Source: Chiloscyllium plagiosum (taxonomy: Eukaryota). Taken from it: a stretch of DNA of 57,427 nucleotides. The stretch is from the NCBI RefSeq assembly GCF_004010195.1, contig NW_025215378.1:113094-170520 (forward strand). The letters are read 5' to 3'. This document shows positions 25,918 through 39,060 of the stretch, piece by piece (positions within the stretch are counted from its first letter, which is position 1; each line of letters starts with the position of its first letter). The notes beneath the pieces are model-generated. The model searched no databases and was not told the DNA's origin. It saw only the letters and a list, made by a program, of their open reading frames with translations. The position numbers and the translations under genes are program-made.

Positions 25918-26228
25918 GATCATAGAATCCTGGCTGTGCAGAAAGAGGCCATTCAGCCCATCATGTCTGCACTGACTCGCCAAAGAGAATCCCACACCTT
26001 ATCCCCGTAACGCCATATTTTCCAGGGCTAATCCACCTAACGTACACATCCCTGGACACTATGGACAATTTAGCATGGCCAATTCACCCTAACCTGCACA
26101 TTTCTGGACTGTGGGAGGAAACCCACGCAGACACGGGGAGAATGTGCAAACTCCACACAGACAGTCTCCAGAGAGTGGAATCGAACCTGCGTCCCTGGCG
26201 CTGTGAGGCAGCAGTGCTAACCACTGAG
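25918..26228 (-). mobile_element. HE1-type SINE
   Basis: Conserved core and tRNA-like head in reverse. Confidence 0.85.
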
Positions 26229-26249
26229 GGGGCTTCGAGCAATGTAATA

Positions 26250-26455
26250 AAATCAGAAGTTGCTGGAAAAGCTCAGCAGGTCTGTCAGCATCTGTGCAGA
26301 GAAATCAGAGTTAACATTTCTGGTCCAATGACCCTTCCTCAGAAATGTTAACTCTGATTTCTCTGCACAGATGCTGACAGACCTGCTGAGCTTTTCCAGC
26401 AACTTCTGTTCTTCCTTTCTGATTTACAGCAAGCGCAGTTCTTAGGTTTTATTTC
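26250..26455. mobile_element. Fold-back PLE-derived element (family C)
   Basis: Near-perfect arms cagaagttgctggaaaagctcagcaggtctgtcagcatctgtgcagagaaatcagagttaacatttc and inverse. Minus motif ttCTGAGGAagggtcattggaccaGAAAtgttaac. Confidence 0.85.
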
Positions 26456-27164
26456 ATCCAGGCATTTACGTGTTGTATTGTTGCCTGACCTTCTATTTTC
26501 ATGCATTTTACTTTTGACTGGAAGCAATGAGCCCTCCACCTCCCTGTTGTCAGTGAAGACACACAGAGTGCATGGTCTCACTAGTTTATTCAAAATCCCT
26601 GACCGACTCCTCACAGAGACAGTGCAGACAAAAGGGCAAGGAGTGTGATGTCAGTATTTCCAGGTCACACTAATGAAAGTGGAACTGCTCCCTGGTGCCC
26701 TTCACCCCATGTAAATCATTAATGCAACGTATGGTTAACAGTGAAAGTGAAAATCGACCAAATAGACCTTATCTGGCAGAACGATAACAATTCTACCTTG
26801 AGCAAAGTCCCACTTGCTGCAGGAGTGTGTCAGAGTACAGTACATCTGAATATGGTGATTAAAACGATCTAAAAATCAGACCAGGTCCCTCATGCCTCAG
26901 CAGAATCATGATGGATCTTCTATCTACGTTCTATGTCCTCACCCTATCATTTTCAGTTCCTTAGTATTCAAATATCTCAATCTCAGTCTTGTGCATACTC
27001 ACTGACATAGCATCCACGACTCCCCACTCCCCAGGCAGAGAATTTCAAAAAAATTCAAAAGCTCTCTGGTTGAAGAAATTCCTCCTCAACTTAGAGCTGA
27101 GACTATCACTGTCCAGTCAGGGGAAGGAAACAGCCTCTGAATAGCCCACAGTACATCTGACAGT

Positions 27165-27293
27165 TCCAGCCTGGACTCGAAACATTTAATCTGCTTCTCT
27201 CTCTTCACAGATGTTGCCAGACCTGCTGAGTTTTTCCAGCGTTGTCTGTGTTTGTTTCAGATCTCTTGCATCTGCAGTATTTTGTTTTTATTC
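27165..27293 (+). mobile_element. PLE-derived tail (family C-like)
   Basis: ggactcgaaacatt...cagatgttgccagacctgctgagtttttccagc...catctgcagtatttt. Confidence 0.6.
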
Positions 27294-27489
27294 AGATAAT
27301 TCATGTCCACTTAGAACGCAAGTGATTTTACGTTGTTACTCTTCCTAAAGGTTACTCTGGTGCATCATGAAAGGGAGTCACGTTATTTTAGCGGGGAATG
27401 GTGTATTATGGACTGAAATTATGAGGGCTTTCATCCAATGCCATGTCAGACTAATTATCTGCATTAGTTTTTTAAAACCAGTCTCCATC

Positions 27490-27870
27490 TATTAGTCGCC
27501 CCTTGAGCAAGTGGGAGTGAGTTGCCTTCTTGACCCGTTGGAGTCCATGTGCTGTGGGTAGACCCACAATGTCCTTAGGGAGGGAGTTTCAGGATTCTGA
27601 CCCAGTAACAGTGAAGGAACAGCGATGTATTTCCAAGTCAGGATGGTGAGTGGCTCAGAGGGGAACTTGTAGGGGGTGGTGTTCCCATGTATCTGCTGCC
27701 CCTTGTCCTTCTAGTTGGAAGTGGGCGTGGGTTTGAAAGGTGCTGTCTGAGGATCTTTGGTAAATTTCTGCAGTGCACCTTGTAGGTAGTACACACTGCT
27801 GCTACTGAGTGTCAGTGATGGAGGGAGGGGGTGTTGGTGGATGTGGTGTCAAACAAGTGAGCTGTTTTGT
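27490..27870 (-). mobile_element. CR1/L2-group LINE 3' fragment (same family as 33875-34545)
   Basis: Near-identical stretch gtccatgtgctgtgggtagacccacaatgtccttagggaggga. Confidence 0.75.
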
Positions 27871-27961
27871 ACCAGACACCACCATCACCATCCCTGGATA
27901 TGTCCTATCCCACCGGCAGGAGAGACCCAGCAGAGGTGGTGGCGCAATGGAATACAGCCAA

Positions 27962-28950
27962 TAGACAATAGACGCAGGAGTAGGCCATTCTGCCCTTCGA
28001 GCCTGCACCACCATTCAATATGATCGTGGCTGATCATTCCTAATCAGTATCCTGTTCCTGCCTTATCTCCATAACCCTTGAGTCCACAATCGTTGAGAGC
28101 TCTNNNNNNNNNNNNNNNNNNNNNNNNNNNNNNNNNNNNNNNNNGAGACCAGAACTGCACATAGTACTCCAGGTGTGGTCTCACCAGGGCCCTGTACAGC
28201 TGCAGAAGAACCTCTTTGCTTCTATACTCAATCCTTCTTGTTATGAAGGCCAGCATGCCATTAGCCTTCTTCACTAACTGCTGTACCTGCATGCTTTACC
28301 TTCATTGATTGGTGTACAAGAACACCCAGATCACTTTGTACTGCCCCTTTACCTAAATTGATTCCATTTAGGTAGTAATCTGCCTTCCTGTTCTTGCCAC
28401 CAAAGTGGATAACCAGACATTTATCCACATTAAACTGCATCTGCCATGCATCTGACCATTCACCTAACTTGTCCAGGTCACCCTGTAATCTCCTAACATC
28501 CTCATCACATTTCACCCTGCCACCCAGCTTTGTATCATCAGCAAATTTGCTAATGTTATTGCTAATACCATCTCCTATATCATTAACATTTTTTGTAAAA
28601 AGTTGCGGTCCCAGTACTGATCCCTGCGGTACCCCACTGGTCACTGCCTGCCATCTGAAATGGAGCTGTTTATCAGTACTCTTTGTTTCCTATCAGCCAA
28701 CCAACTTTCAACCCAAGTTAGTACTTTGCCCCCAATACCATGCGCCCTAATTTTGCTCATTAACCTCCTATGTGGGACTTTATCAAAAGCTTTCTGAAAG
28801 TCCAGGTACACTACATCTACTGGATCTCCCTCATCCATCTTCAGAGTTACATCCGCAAACAATTCCAGATGATTAGTCAAGCATGATTTCCCCTTCATAA
28901 ATCCATGCTGACTCTGACCTATCCTGTTACTATTATCCAGATGTGTCGTA
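27962..28950 (-). mobile_element. CR1 LINE, reverse transcriptase remnant with internal deletion and gap
   Basis: KSCLTN...YLDFQKAFDKVPH; SGVPQGSVLGP...KFADDTKL; LYRALVRPHLEY. Confidence 0.95.
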
Positions 28951-29546
28951 ATTTTGTGTCGTAAGAGGAAGGATTTCCTCTGGAAGTCCTCATGAAGTTT
29001 AGTGGCTTCAGGTTAAACACGGACAAGCAAACCTCCTTCTGATTAGCATGTACCAGCCTCCCTGGGCTAATGAATCAGTGCTCCTCCACGTTGAATGGCA
29101 CTTGGTGTACGGCGAGAGGTGGAAAAGTTTATATGGAACACAAGGTTTCTCTCTGGTGTCCGTAAAATATTCCAAGGCACCATTCTGAAGAGGAGGCTGT
29201 GGGTTTGCCTTCCTGCCCTGACCACTTTTTATTCTTCAACTCATGATGTTCTGATTCAAAGGAAAGACAATCTACCAATGAGCCAAACCTGTCATTTACC
29301 TCAAACCCAGTTTATTAGGGCTGCATCTATTTCTGTCTTTGATTCAGGGATCAAAGTGTAAACACTGGGAACTGGCTCATGGGATCCAAGTTGAAAAGGC
29401 TACAAGCTCTGTTACTCCAATCATTTTAATTGGTACTTTCACAGCCAGCAGAGTGAGAGAGAAAGCATCCCCACCGCAGACTTCCAAACTAAAAGCCTGG
29501 AAATGAAAGAGTTTTATGAACAATCCCACTCAATATTCAATCAGCC

Positions 29547-30141
29547 TTTTCACATCTGTAAAAAAACAAAGCATTTGGGGTTAGGTAATGACAGAAATTT
29601 AAATGAGGAACAGTATTACCGATTTGAGAAGCGAAAAGGAAATTGTGATGTTAATCTGTTTGGACTCGATTCATACTTTAAATCCCTCGCATTGAACAGG
29701 GGGGTCCCAAGAGTGATCAGGGAATACGATTCCGAACTAATCCCTTCACTCAGACTGAGCCGCTCCTTTCATTACACAGGCAGCTTCAGAACTGTTGCCC
29801 TTTCACTTTGGAGGTGAAATTAAAAAATAAAACGAGGGAAGTAAAAGTGGACATTGTAAAAATAAGGGAAAGTATCACATCTCTACACCACAGACACAAA
29901 AAGAGACACCTTCTGCAGTGGCAGTTTAAAGCTGTTAAAAATCATTCTAATTCCCTTCAGAGAACAAAAAATCATAAGAAAAGGAAATAGAAAGAGAACT
30001 TTAGAGATTCCTTGGATTTCCAATCCTCCTTTTCTGTTCCCACATCTTTCCAAGATGCCAAGTTCTGTTCTTTTCACATCTGTAAATAAACAAAGCATTT
30101 GGGGTTAGGTAATGACAGAAATTTAAATGAGGAACAGTATT
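29547..30141. repeat. About 70-bp direct duplication (29547-29617 and 30072-30141)
   Basis: ttttcacatctgtaaa(a/t)aaacaaagcatttggggttaggtaatgacagaaatttaaatgaggaacagtatt occurs twice with one mismatch. Confidence 0.95.
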
Positions 30142-30317
30142 TGAATATTTAGCTCTGAGCCCAGGTCACTGTGTAACCTTTCTGTAAGGTATGAGATTGG
30201 AGTGTCATTTGTGCTATTAATTAATCTATCCGGTCAGAAATAATTCATGAATACATAACAACACATCTCTAGATTTGTCTTTTTGACCATTTCCCTACTC
30301 TGACCCTATTGACTGCT

Positions 30318-30470
30318 GACGTGGAGGAGCCAATGTTGGTCTGGGGTGGACAAGGTCAGAAGTCACATGACACCAGGTTACAGTCCAACAGATTTATTTG
30401 AAATCTCAAGCTTTCAGAGATTCACCTGACAAAGGAGCAGCACTCAGAAAGCTTGTGATTTCAGATAATC
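30318..30470. mobile_element. Degenerate fold-back PLE-derived element (family B)
   Basis: Minus tail acaccaggttacagtccaacag, then plus motif tcacCTGACAAaggagcagcactcaGAAAgcttgtga. Confidence 0.75.
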
Positions 30471-31030
30471 CACTGATCTTTGTATGTTCTCTTCCTGGTT
30501 ATAATCTACATCACGATTTTGTACGATTGTCTTGTCCCCTCTCATTAATTTTCCAAACTCTCTCCCACCCCTGAACAATTTAGTTTAAAGCCCTCACTAC
30601 AGCCTTGTGAGATTCACCAGGACAGTGGTCCTAGCTCCATTCACACTGAAGCTTGCTCTAACTGCTCCGATTTTGCCCGAGATTGGTGCCAGGAGTCTAA
30701 CCCCATTTCTGTTACTTCAATCTTTGAGATATATGTTCAACTCTGAACTTATTCATTCTCTGGCAGTTTACTTGTGGCTCAGGCAATGATGCAGAGATTA
30801 CACCTTCCCCAGTTCTACTTTTTAAAAAATTTTAGCTGCTCATACTGTCATCAGAACCTCATTCACGTTTTTATCCCACATGGATCATTCCCCCACGTTC
30901 TGAGTTCGTGCCCAGATTTGAGGCAACATCCCAAGATAGCTTCTAAGACTCAGCTGTCGAGGGTAGTATCCCTCCTGACTATACTGTACTGCACCTCTTA
31001 AAAAACACCAGAGCCATACCAGACCATGTT

Positions 31031-31368
31031 GGATGGCACGGTGGCTCAGTGGTTAGCACTGCTGCCTCAGCGCCAGGGACCTGGATTCAATTCCGCCCTC
31101 GGGTGACTGTCTGTGTGGAGTTTGCACATTGTATGGGTTTCCTCTGGGCGCTCCAGTTTCCTTCCACAATCCAAAGATGTGCAAGTTAGGGTGGATTGGC
31201 CATGCTAAATTGCCCATAGCATTCAGGGATGGGAGGGGTAGGTGGATTAGCCATGGGAAATGCAGGGTTATAGGGATGGGGTGGGTCTGAGTGGAATATC
31301 CTTTGAAAGCTTGGTACTAACATGATGGGCTTACTGGCCTTGCTTCCACACTGTAGGGATTTGATTCT
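31031..31368 (+). mobile_element. HE1-type SINE
   Basis: ggcacggtggctcagtggttagcactgctgcctca head and conserved core. Confidence 0.9.
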
Positions 31369-31479
31369 CATCAATGAAAAACACCATGAAGTTGCTGTCT
31401 TGTTTTTGAGAGGGGACAGGTGCTGGTTTCATCTGAAGGTCATCACGCCTCAGCTGAGGGGAGAGGTTGAGAAGGCAAG

Positions 31480-32200
31480 ACATTGCTGCTGAACAAAGAG
31501 ACCTTGGAGTGCAGGTTCATAGCTCCTTGAAAGTGGAGTCAGACGGGATAGTGAAGGCATTTGGTATGCTTTCTTTTATTGGTCAGAGTATTGAGTACAG
31601 GAGTAGGGAGGTCATGTTGCGGCTGTACAGGACATTGGTTAGACCACTGTTGGAATATTGCGTGCAATTCTGGTCTCCTTCCTATCGGAAAGATGTTGTG
31701 AAACTTGAAAGGGTTCAGAAAAGATTTCCAAGGATGTTGCTAGGATTGGAGAATTTGAGCTACAGGGGGAGGCTGAACAGGCTGGGGCTGTTTTCCCCGA
31801 GCATCGGAGGCTGAGGGGTGACCTTATAGAGGTTTATAAAGTCATGAGTGGCATGGATAGGGTGAATAGACAAGGTCTTTTCCCTGGGATGGGGGAGTCC
31901 TGAACGAGAGTGCATAGGTTTAAGATGAGAGGGGAAAGATTTAAAAGGGAACCATGGGGCAACTTTTCACACAGGGGGTGGTGTGTGCATGGAATGAGCT
32001 GCCAGAGGATGTGGTGGAGGCTGGTACAATTACAGCATTTAAGAGGCATCAGGATGGGTATATGAATAGGATGGGTTTAGAGGGATATGGGCCAGGTGTT
32101 GGCAGGTGGGACTAGATTAGGTTAGGATATCTGGTCTGCATGGATGAGTTGGATAGAAGGGTCTGTTTCCATTATATCTCTATGACCCTGTGACTCTATG
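31480..32200 (+). mobile_element. CR1/HER1-like LINE 3' fragment
   Basis: EQRDLGVQVHSSLK...LYRTLVRPLLEYCVQFWSP...LERVQKRF. Confidence 0.95.
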
Positions 32201-32879
32201 TGTGTCTGAAACTTGTTAGAATTAGCAACATTGTTTGCAGATTTGAAAGACAAGAGAAACTTATTACCTCCACAAGGTTCACAGATTAAAACAAATAAAC
32301 TTTGCCAAGCAAATGTTAATGGATATCAATATTAATACAAGCACTTTATTATATAGAGTTAATCATAATAAAGAAATTAAAAGCAAACAGATACTTCACC
32401 TCAATCCAAAATTCTTAAATGTTCATCCCACCCCAATGGCACGAATACCCTCAATAACTCAAATTAGGCATTTACCAGAAACTGGAAGATGAACAGTTTG
32501 GTCTGGGGACAGTTTCTCAGATACATATAAAAGGCAATGATTTCTTGATCCATCCCTTCCTGCCACCATGATGAGCTATTCCATACTGTCCCCCTGTTTA
32601 TGAACTGCCAACTAAGCACAGGCATTGCTAGTGTCTTACCTGCAGACACCGCAGTACAGCTCAGCTCTCTCTAACTACAGAACCTCACATCAAGAACTCA
32701 TTCTTTGTTGTTCCATTCATCTCCCCCCGAATTCCATATTATTAATCGGAATGTTCTTCAATTAGCGAGATTCTTAGCCAGCAGCCAGAATTTCAACTGA
32801 ATCCTGATGGGAAGAGGTCAAGCAAACACAGGAGAAACTCAGCAGGTCTGTCAGCATCTGGGGACAGAGAAACAGAGTC

Positions 32880-33480
32880 AATCATTGAATCCCTACAGTG
32901 TGCAAAGAGGCCATTCATCCCATCAAGTCCACACCAACCCCTCTGAAGAGCACCCCACTCAGACTCAACCCCTCCCTATATCTCCCATGGCTAACCCATC
33001 TAACTGGACACTATGGACAATTTCCCACAGCCAATCCACCCTAACCCTAACGGGAGGAAACCCACACCGACACTGGGAAAACATGCAAACTCCACACAGA
33101 TAGTCGCCCGAGGCTGGAATCGAACCCGGGTCCCTGGCACTGTGAGGCAGCAGTGGGTGGCACGATGGCTCAGTGGGTAGCACTGCTGCCTCACAGCGTC
33201 AGAGACCCGGGTTCGATTCCAGCCTCAGGCGACTGACTGTGTGGAGTTTGCACATTCTCCCGGTGTCTGCGTGGGTTTCCTCCCACAGTCCAAAGATGTG
33301 CAGGTCAGGTGAATTGGCCATGCTAAATTGCCCGTAGTGTTAGGTGAAGGGGAATGAGTTTGGGTGGGTTGCACTTCGGCGGGTCGGTGTGGACTTGTTG
33401 GGCCGAAGGGCCTGTTTCCACACTGTAAGTAAGTAATCTAATCTATCTAATCTAATCAGTGCGAACCACTGAGACACCCC
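32880..33480. mobile_element. Minus-strand HE1 SINE with a plus-strand HE1 SINE (33156-33456) nested in its head
   Basis: The host reads ...gaggcagcagtg, is interrupted by the insert, and resumes cagtgcgaaccactgag. cagtg is duplicated at 33151-33155 and 33457-33461. Confidence 0.85.
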
Positions 33481-33874
33481 ATGTGTTTCATTAATGTTTC
33501 AGGGCCTAAAACTAGTTATACAGAACCATTCCCTGGAAACCTCTCACACCCGTGACTAAATGTTAATTGACTCCTTTCCTTTCCCATTGGTGATCTGCCA
33601 GTCAGCTTGGTTACATGATCTGTTACTAGAAGTAAGTGGCTATTTAAAATAAATATTTTCTCACAGCAACCTAGTATTTAAAGATACCATGAGTCCAATG
33701 TAAACTAAAGGGTTCTTGAAGCTTCTACAACAATCCTCAATCTGAATTGTTCCCAGATTACAACGTGGTGTATTTTTCACTTGTTCATGGGATGTGGGTA
33801 TTACTTGCTTATTTGTTCCCAATTGCCCAGAGGACAGTTAAGAGTCAATCACATTGCTGTGGGTCTTTCTTCCA

Positions 33875-34545
33875 ATTCGTTCATGGGGTGTAGGTTTCAC
33901 TAGCTGGGCCCAATATTTACTAATTGTCCCTAGTTGCCCCTTGAGAAGGTGGGGGTGAGCTGCCTTCTTGAACCGCTGCAGTCCATGTGCTGTGGGTAGA
34001 CCCACAATGTCCCTTAGGGAGGGAATTCCAGGATTCTGACCCAGTGACGCTGAAGGAATGGTGAGTGGCTTGGAGGGAAACTTGCAGGGGATGGTGTTCC
34101 CAAGTATCTGCTGCCCTTGTCCTTCTAGATGGAAGGTGCTGTCTAAGGAGCCTTGATGAATTTCTGCAATGCATCTTGTAGATAGTACATACTGCTGCTA
34201 CTGAGTGTCGGTGGTGGAGGGAGTGGGTGTTTGTGGATGTGGGGCCAATCAAGCGACTGCTTTGTCCTGGATGGTGTCGAGCCTCTTGAGTGTTGTTGGA
34301 GTTTCCCCCATCCAGGAAAGTGGGGAGTATTCCATCACACTCCTGACTTGGATTTACTCACTGCAAGATTCCAACCCTCTGGCCTGCTGTTGTAGGCATA
34401 GTATTTTTATGTTAGCCCAGTCGAGTTTCTGGTCAGCAATATCCCCCAGGATGTTGATAGTGGGTTCATTCAATGATGGTTACATCGTCTCGCATTGGAG
34501 GTGGTCATTGCCCGGCACTTGTGAGACATGAACGTTACTTGCCAT
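33875..34545 (-). mobile_element. CR1/L2-group LINE 3' fragment
   Basis: HSLHHRHSVAAVCTIYKMHC reading. Tail is shared with SINE family 2. Confidence 0.75.
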
Positions 34546-34884
34546 TTATCAGGAGTCACATGTCAGCCAGACCAGGTAATGCCAGCAAATTTCCTTCCTT
34601 AAAGGGCACTAATGGATCAAATGGGTTGTTGCGACGATTGACAGACATTAGATTTAACTTCTTTCATAATTTTATGGAATTTATTTCATGGTGGGATTTG
34701 AACTCATAACCCTAGAAACTTCGCCTGGGGTTAAGGATTGCTAGGCCGGAAGCTTTACCCCTATGCCACTGCTTCCAGAATGCTTAGCCCTGACCAGAAA
34801 GGACCTACTTATTGGATGAGCTGAAGTGTTTCTGATGTTCCACACGGTGAGGGAATTATTCTGATTGTGTTAAAGGGTGGGTTA

Positions 34885-35935
34885 TTGAATTGATTAGAAT
34901 TTATTGTCACGTGTACTGAGACACAGTGAAAAGCTTTGTCTTGCGAGTAATACAGGCAGATCACAGAGTTAAGTAGCATAGATAAATAAATAATAGGTAA
35001 ACAGCGGCAAAAACAAAAACACAGGTACAGGCGAATGTTAAGAGTTTGTGAGTCCATTCAGTATTCTAACAACAGTAGGATAGAAACGGTTTCAAAACCA
35101 GCTGGTGAGTGTGTTCAGGGTTCTGTACCTTCTCCCCGATGGTAGAGGTTGTAGAAAAACATTGTCAGTGTGGGATGGAACTTTGAGAATGCTGGCGGCC
35201 TTTCCTTGACAGTGGGCCTGGTAGATGGATCCTATAGATGGGAGGTCAGTCTTTGTGATTGTCCGGGCAGAGTTCACCACCTCTCTGTAACGTCTCCGAT
35301 CTTGAATGGTACAGTTGCCATACCAGGTAGTGATACATCCAGACAGAATGCTCTTGATGGCACACCTATAAAAGTTGGCAAGGGTATTCGCTGTCATGCC
35401 AAATTTACTCAGCTGCTTGAGGAAGAGGAGACGTTGTTGGGCCTTTGTAACCAATGCGTCCACATGAAGAGTCCAAGAAAGCTTGTTGTGCATGGCCACT
35501 CCCAGGAGCTTGACACTCTCCACTCGTTCCACCTCTGTGTTGTTAATGTGTAGGGGGGGCATGAGTAACATTCTGCTGAAAGTCAATAATGAGTTCCTAG
35601 GTTTTGCCTACATCGAGAGCTAGGTTGTTCTCAGTGCACAATTTTTCCAGGTCTTCCACCTCCCGTCTGTAGTCTGTTTTGTCGCCATCTGAGATTCGAC
35701 CGACTATGGTGTTGTCATCAGCGAACTTGTAAATGGTATTAGTCTGGTATTTGGCGACGCAGTCGTGGGTATACAGTGAGTACAGTAGGGGGCTGTGTAC
35801 GCACCCCTGGGGGGCTCCAGTGATAAGTGTTAGTGAGGATGAAATATTGTCCCTAATCTTCACTGATTGTGGCCTGTGGATCAGGAAACTGAGGATCCAG
35901 TTGCAGAGAGTGGGGCGGAGTCCGAGATCACTAGG
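34885..35935 (-). mobile_element. Rex1/Babar-type LINE, 5'-truncated RT remnant
   Basis: [21 protein letters not shown]...[22 protein letters not shown]...KAQQRLLFLKQL...FYRCAIKSILSGCITTWYG. Confidence 0.9.
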
Positions 35936-36369
35936 TTTATGTGTCTATGCTAAATCATCAGCATGTGCCCATTAGAATGTACCTTCATGTGTCCATTAAT
36001 TATAAATTAATTTATAATTAGATTAAAAATAGTGAGAAGTTAGAAACTGTCGTGCTGCACAGAAGGGTTCCCAATGTGTTGATCATTAAAATGTCAAGAG
36101 GGAGATAGGAAGTAATCAAAAATGCTAATGGAACCTGCGGCCTTTATATCTCGAAAGCTAGAACACAAGGAAATAGAAGTTGTGTTTCAATGATTGACGG
36201 CCCTGGTTAGATCACACCAGCATCACCAAGAGCAGTTGTGGTACCCAGCTAATGCTGTTTTGAGTGAACCAACAAAACTAACAAATAAATCAACGAAAGG
36301 GCTCAGCCCTTTAAAGGGACACTGCAACTAAAGAAACACCTTAACAGTGGTAAGAATGTAAAACCAGCC

Positions 36370-37280
36370 CATTACTCAAATGGAGAGAGATTGTAGAACT
36401 CCGATGCACAGAGGGATCTGTGTCTCCTGTGCCCTGTATCTTAACGTTAACGTGCAGGTACAGCAAGTAATCAAATAATCCTCAAGGTCACAGTGGGTCA
36501 AGCAGCACCCATTGAGAGCGAGCAAGCTAATGTTTGGCTCTAGCTGACTCTTCATCAGAGCAACTCAATGAAGACTTGAAACATGAGCTCGAGTTCTCAG
36601 CACGGATGCTGTCTGACCCGCAGTGATCTCGAGGATTTGTTGGTTTCAGTACAGGATTGCCGCAGCAAGTAATCAGGAAGATAAATGAACCGTTGTGTGG
36701 ATTGTAAAGAGAATGGAATATAAAAGTAGAGGTGTTTTGTTGCAGGCAAATAGATATCGGTGTGAACACATCTGGTGTGCTGTGTACCCCAGTTTGGTTC
36801 TCCTTATTTAAAAAAGGATATAACTGCATTAGCGACAGCTCTGGGAAGGGTCATTCCACTGGTTGCTGAGATGAGATGTGATGAGATGTTTACCAAGTGA
36901 GGAGAGGTTGAGCAGATCAGGCCCATGCCAATTGGAGTATCGAGGAATGTACAAGGATCTTACTGAGATCCTGAGGGACCGTGACAAGGTGGCTGCTGAA
37001 AGGATCCTTTCCCTAAACTCAGGGACCGTGCTTTCCAAATAAAGGCATTCCCACTGATGATGAGGACCACTTACTCCACAGACTCTTTGTCTCTGGAACT
37101 TTCTCCCTCAGTAGGGAGAGGGCCACTGGATATCTTTAATGTGGAGTTGATTAACGAGGGAGTCCAGGATTATCAGAAGACAGGAATATAGAATGAGGCC
37201 ATAATCAGAGCATCCAGGATGTTATTGAGTGGCAGGACGGAGTCAAGGGGCCACTGCTGCCTCCGAATTTGTATCTTTTT
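36370..37280 (+). mobile_element. Old CR1-like LINE fragment interrupted by a PLE hairpin
   Basis: cagagggatctg...gtgcaggtacagcaagtaat...cagtttggttctccttattta pattern. Confidence 0.65.
36474..36662. mobile_element. Fold-back PLE-derived element (family D), 13-bp TSD
   Basis: TSD cagcaagtaatca at 36461-36473 and 36663-36675. Minus motif gctCTGATGAagagtcagctagagccaaacattagc at 36526-36561. Confidence 0.8.
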
Positions 37281-38042
37281 ACATTCTTGTGTAACTTATG
37301 GGGTTGAAACCATCCCAGCTGTTTGACGTTTGACTATAAATGAGAGGCAGACCACTCAGGAACATAGCTCAGAAACACTCCCTCAATACTGCGTTGGGAA
37401 TGTCACCCAGATATCCTACTCAATTCCCCAGGATACCCAGACTCTGTCTCAGAGCTGGGAGAGTTAACAACTAACCCAAGATTGCACTAAAGTGAAACAT
37501 GGGTTGGTTGCTCCTTGCAACACTGCCTCCCCCAGTTGAATATTTTTCTTCATTTCCATCAGGTGGAATTGTACCAGAGACTGTACCAGAAGCACTTACT
37601 GAAGTTTAACTTTCTCTAATTTGTGTGTGCAACTTCTCTGATCCAGTTCACTTGTCTCACTGCTCCCAAATACCACAGGATATTTGAGATTCATCATGGG
37701 TTTTAGATGTAGTTATGTAGAATTATCGAGAGCAGAAACAACCTTTCGTTGCCCTCTCCACTGGACCCTCCTCCCATTCTTCCTGTCAATCCTCAGAGAC
37801 CAATCAGTTTAAGGGTTGTCAGGGAATTAATGAGAACAGAGATAAAGCAGAAAGAGAATATCAGCTTCAAGTAGTGGAACAGTCTTAAAAAGCCAAGTGA
37901 CCTTCTCCTGCCTATATTTCCTCTGTGCCTTATGTCCTTTGTCTAAATCTATCAGGATGTGGAGATGCCAGTGTTGGACTGGGGTGGACAAAGTTAAAAA
38001 TCACACAACATCTGGTTATAGTCCAACAGGTTTATGTGGAAG

Positions 38043-38077
38043 CACTAGCTTTCGGAGCACTGCTCCTTCATCAGGTG
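38043..38077 (-). ncRNA. Minimal type-I hammerhead ribozyme motif (intact core)
   Basis: CAC CUGAUGA A GGAGC agu GCUCC GAA AGCU A GUG. Confidence 0.75.
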
Positions 38078-39060
38078 GTTACGGAGCAGGGCCATAAGAC
38101 ACAGAATTTATTGCAAAAGATTACAGTGTCATGCAACTGAAATGATACATTGAACAAATCGGGATTGTTAAGTCTTTCATCTTTTAGAATGGGTTGCAGG
38201 TTTCGGTTCATTAATATGTAAATCCCAGAACTTCTTTCAAGTCATCTTCTTGAGATGACATAAGGTTTTATAAAAAAAGTGACATCATAGCTCAGACAAT
38301 GCATTAAGGGTTGGAGGTTAGAGTCTGTCTGTATCTCAATCTTGAGTCAGACTGGTTCTGTTTCCAAAGTGGCATATACAAAATATTACATGGATTGACT
38401 GCCTGCATTCACTGCCTGCAGATTATGCATTTTTTGAGCAAAACAGAATGTATCTGCAAATATAATTCTGCAAATACAAACTCACCCCATTGACTTGTAT
38501 GGGTGTGTGCGCACGTATCAGAGAAAGGGAGAGAGAGACTGAGTGAATGTGTGCATGTGAGTGTGGGTACACGTGAGAGAGTTAGTATTTGTGTGTGTGA
38601 ACACTTGGTACAGTGTGTGCATGGCTGTGATGGGGTATACCCTGTGAGAGGGTGTGTGTGTGGGTGTGATGGAGTATACCCTGTGAGGGTGTGGGTGTGA
38701 TGGGATACACCCTGTGAGAGGGGGTGTGGGTGTGTGTGTGTGTGTGTGAGAGATGGGGCAAACTCTGACTGAGAGTGAACAGTAGTTAAAGGCAGCAAAA
38801 CATTGGAGCAGCTTACACTTTGTCAGAGTGAAAGATGTGACCAGGCAGGGAAAGACTGGAACAATTTGACATTTTGACAGAGTGACGAGGAGAGAAGGTG
38901 AGGTGACACGAGGGCTGCCAGGAAGGGTAAGTTTTCCCGCTTAAAAAGGGACTTACCTCAGGAATAAAAGGTAAGGCTTTTATTTCTTTCTTACCATTCT
39001 TTTTCATATATTTAAGTGCATTGTTTGATTTTAGTTAGTTCATATAAAGCTAAGCTTACA

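Noticed and set aside
29095..29270. Possible minus-strand exon after ctttcctttgaatcag
   Set aside because: The only open frame gives about 40 unrecognisable residues before a stop, with no supporting neighbouring exons.
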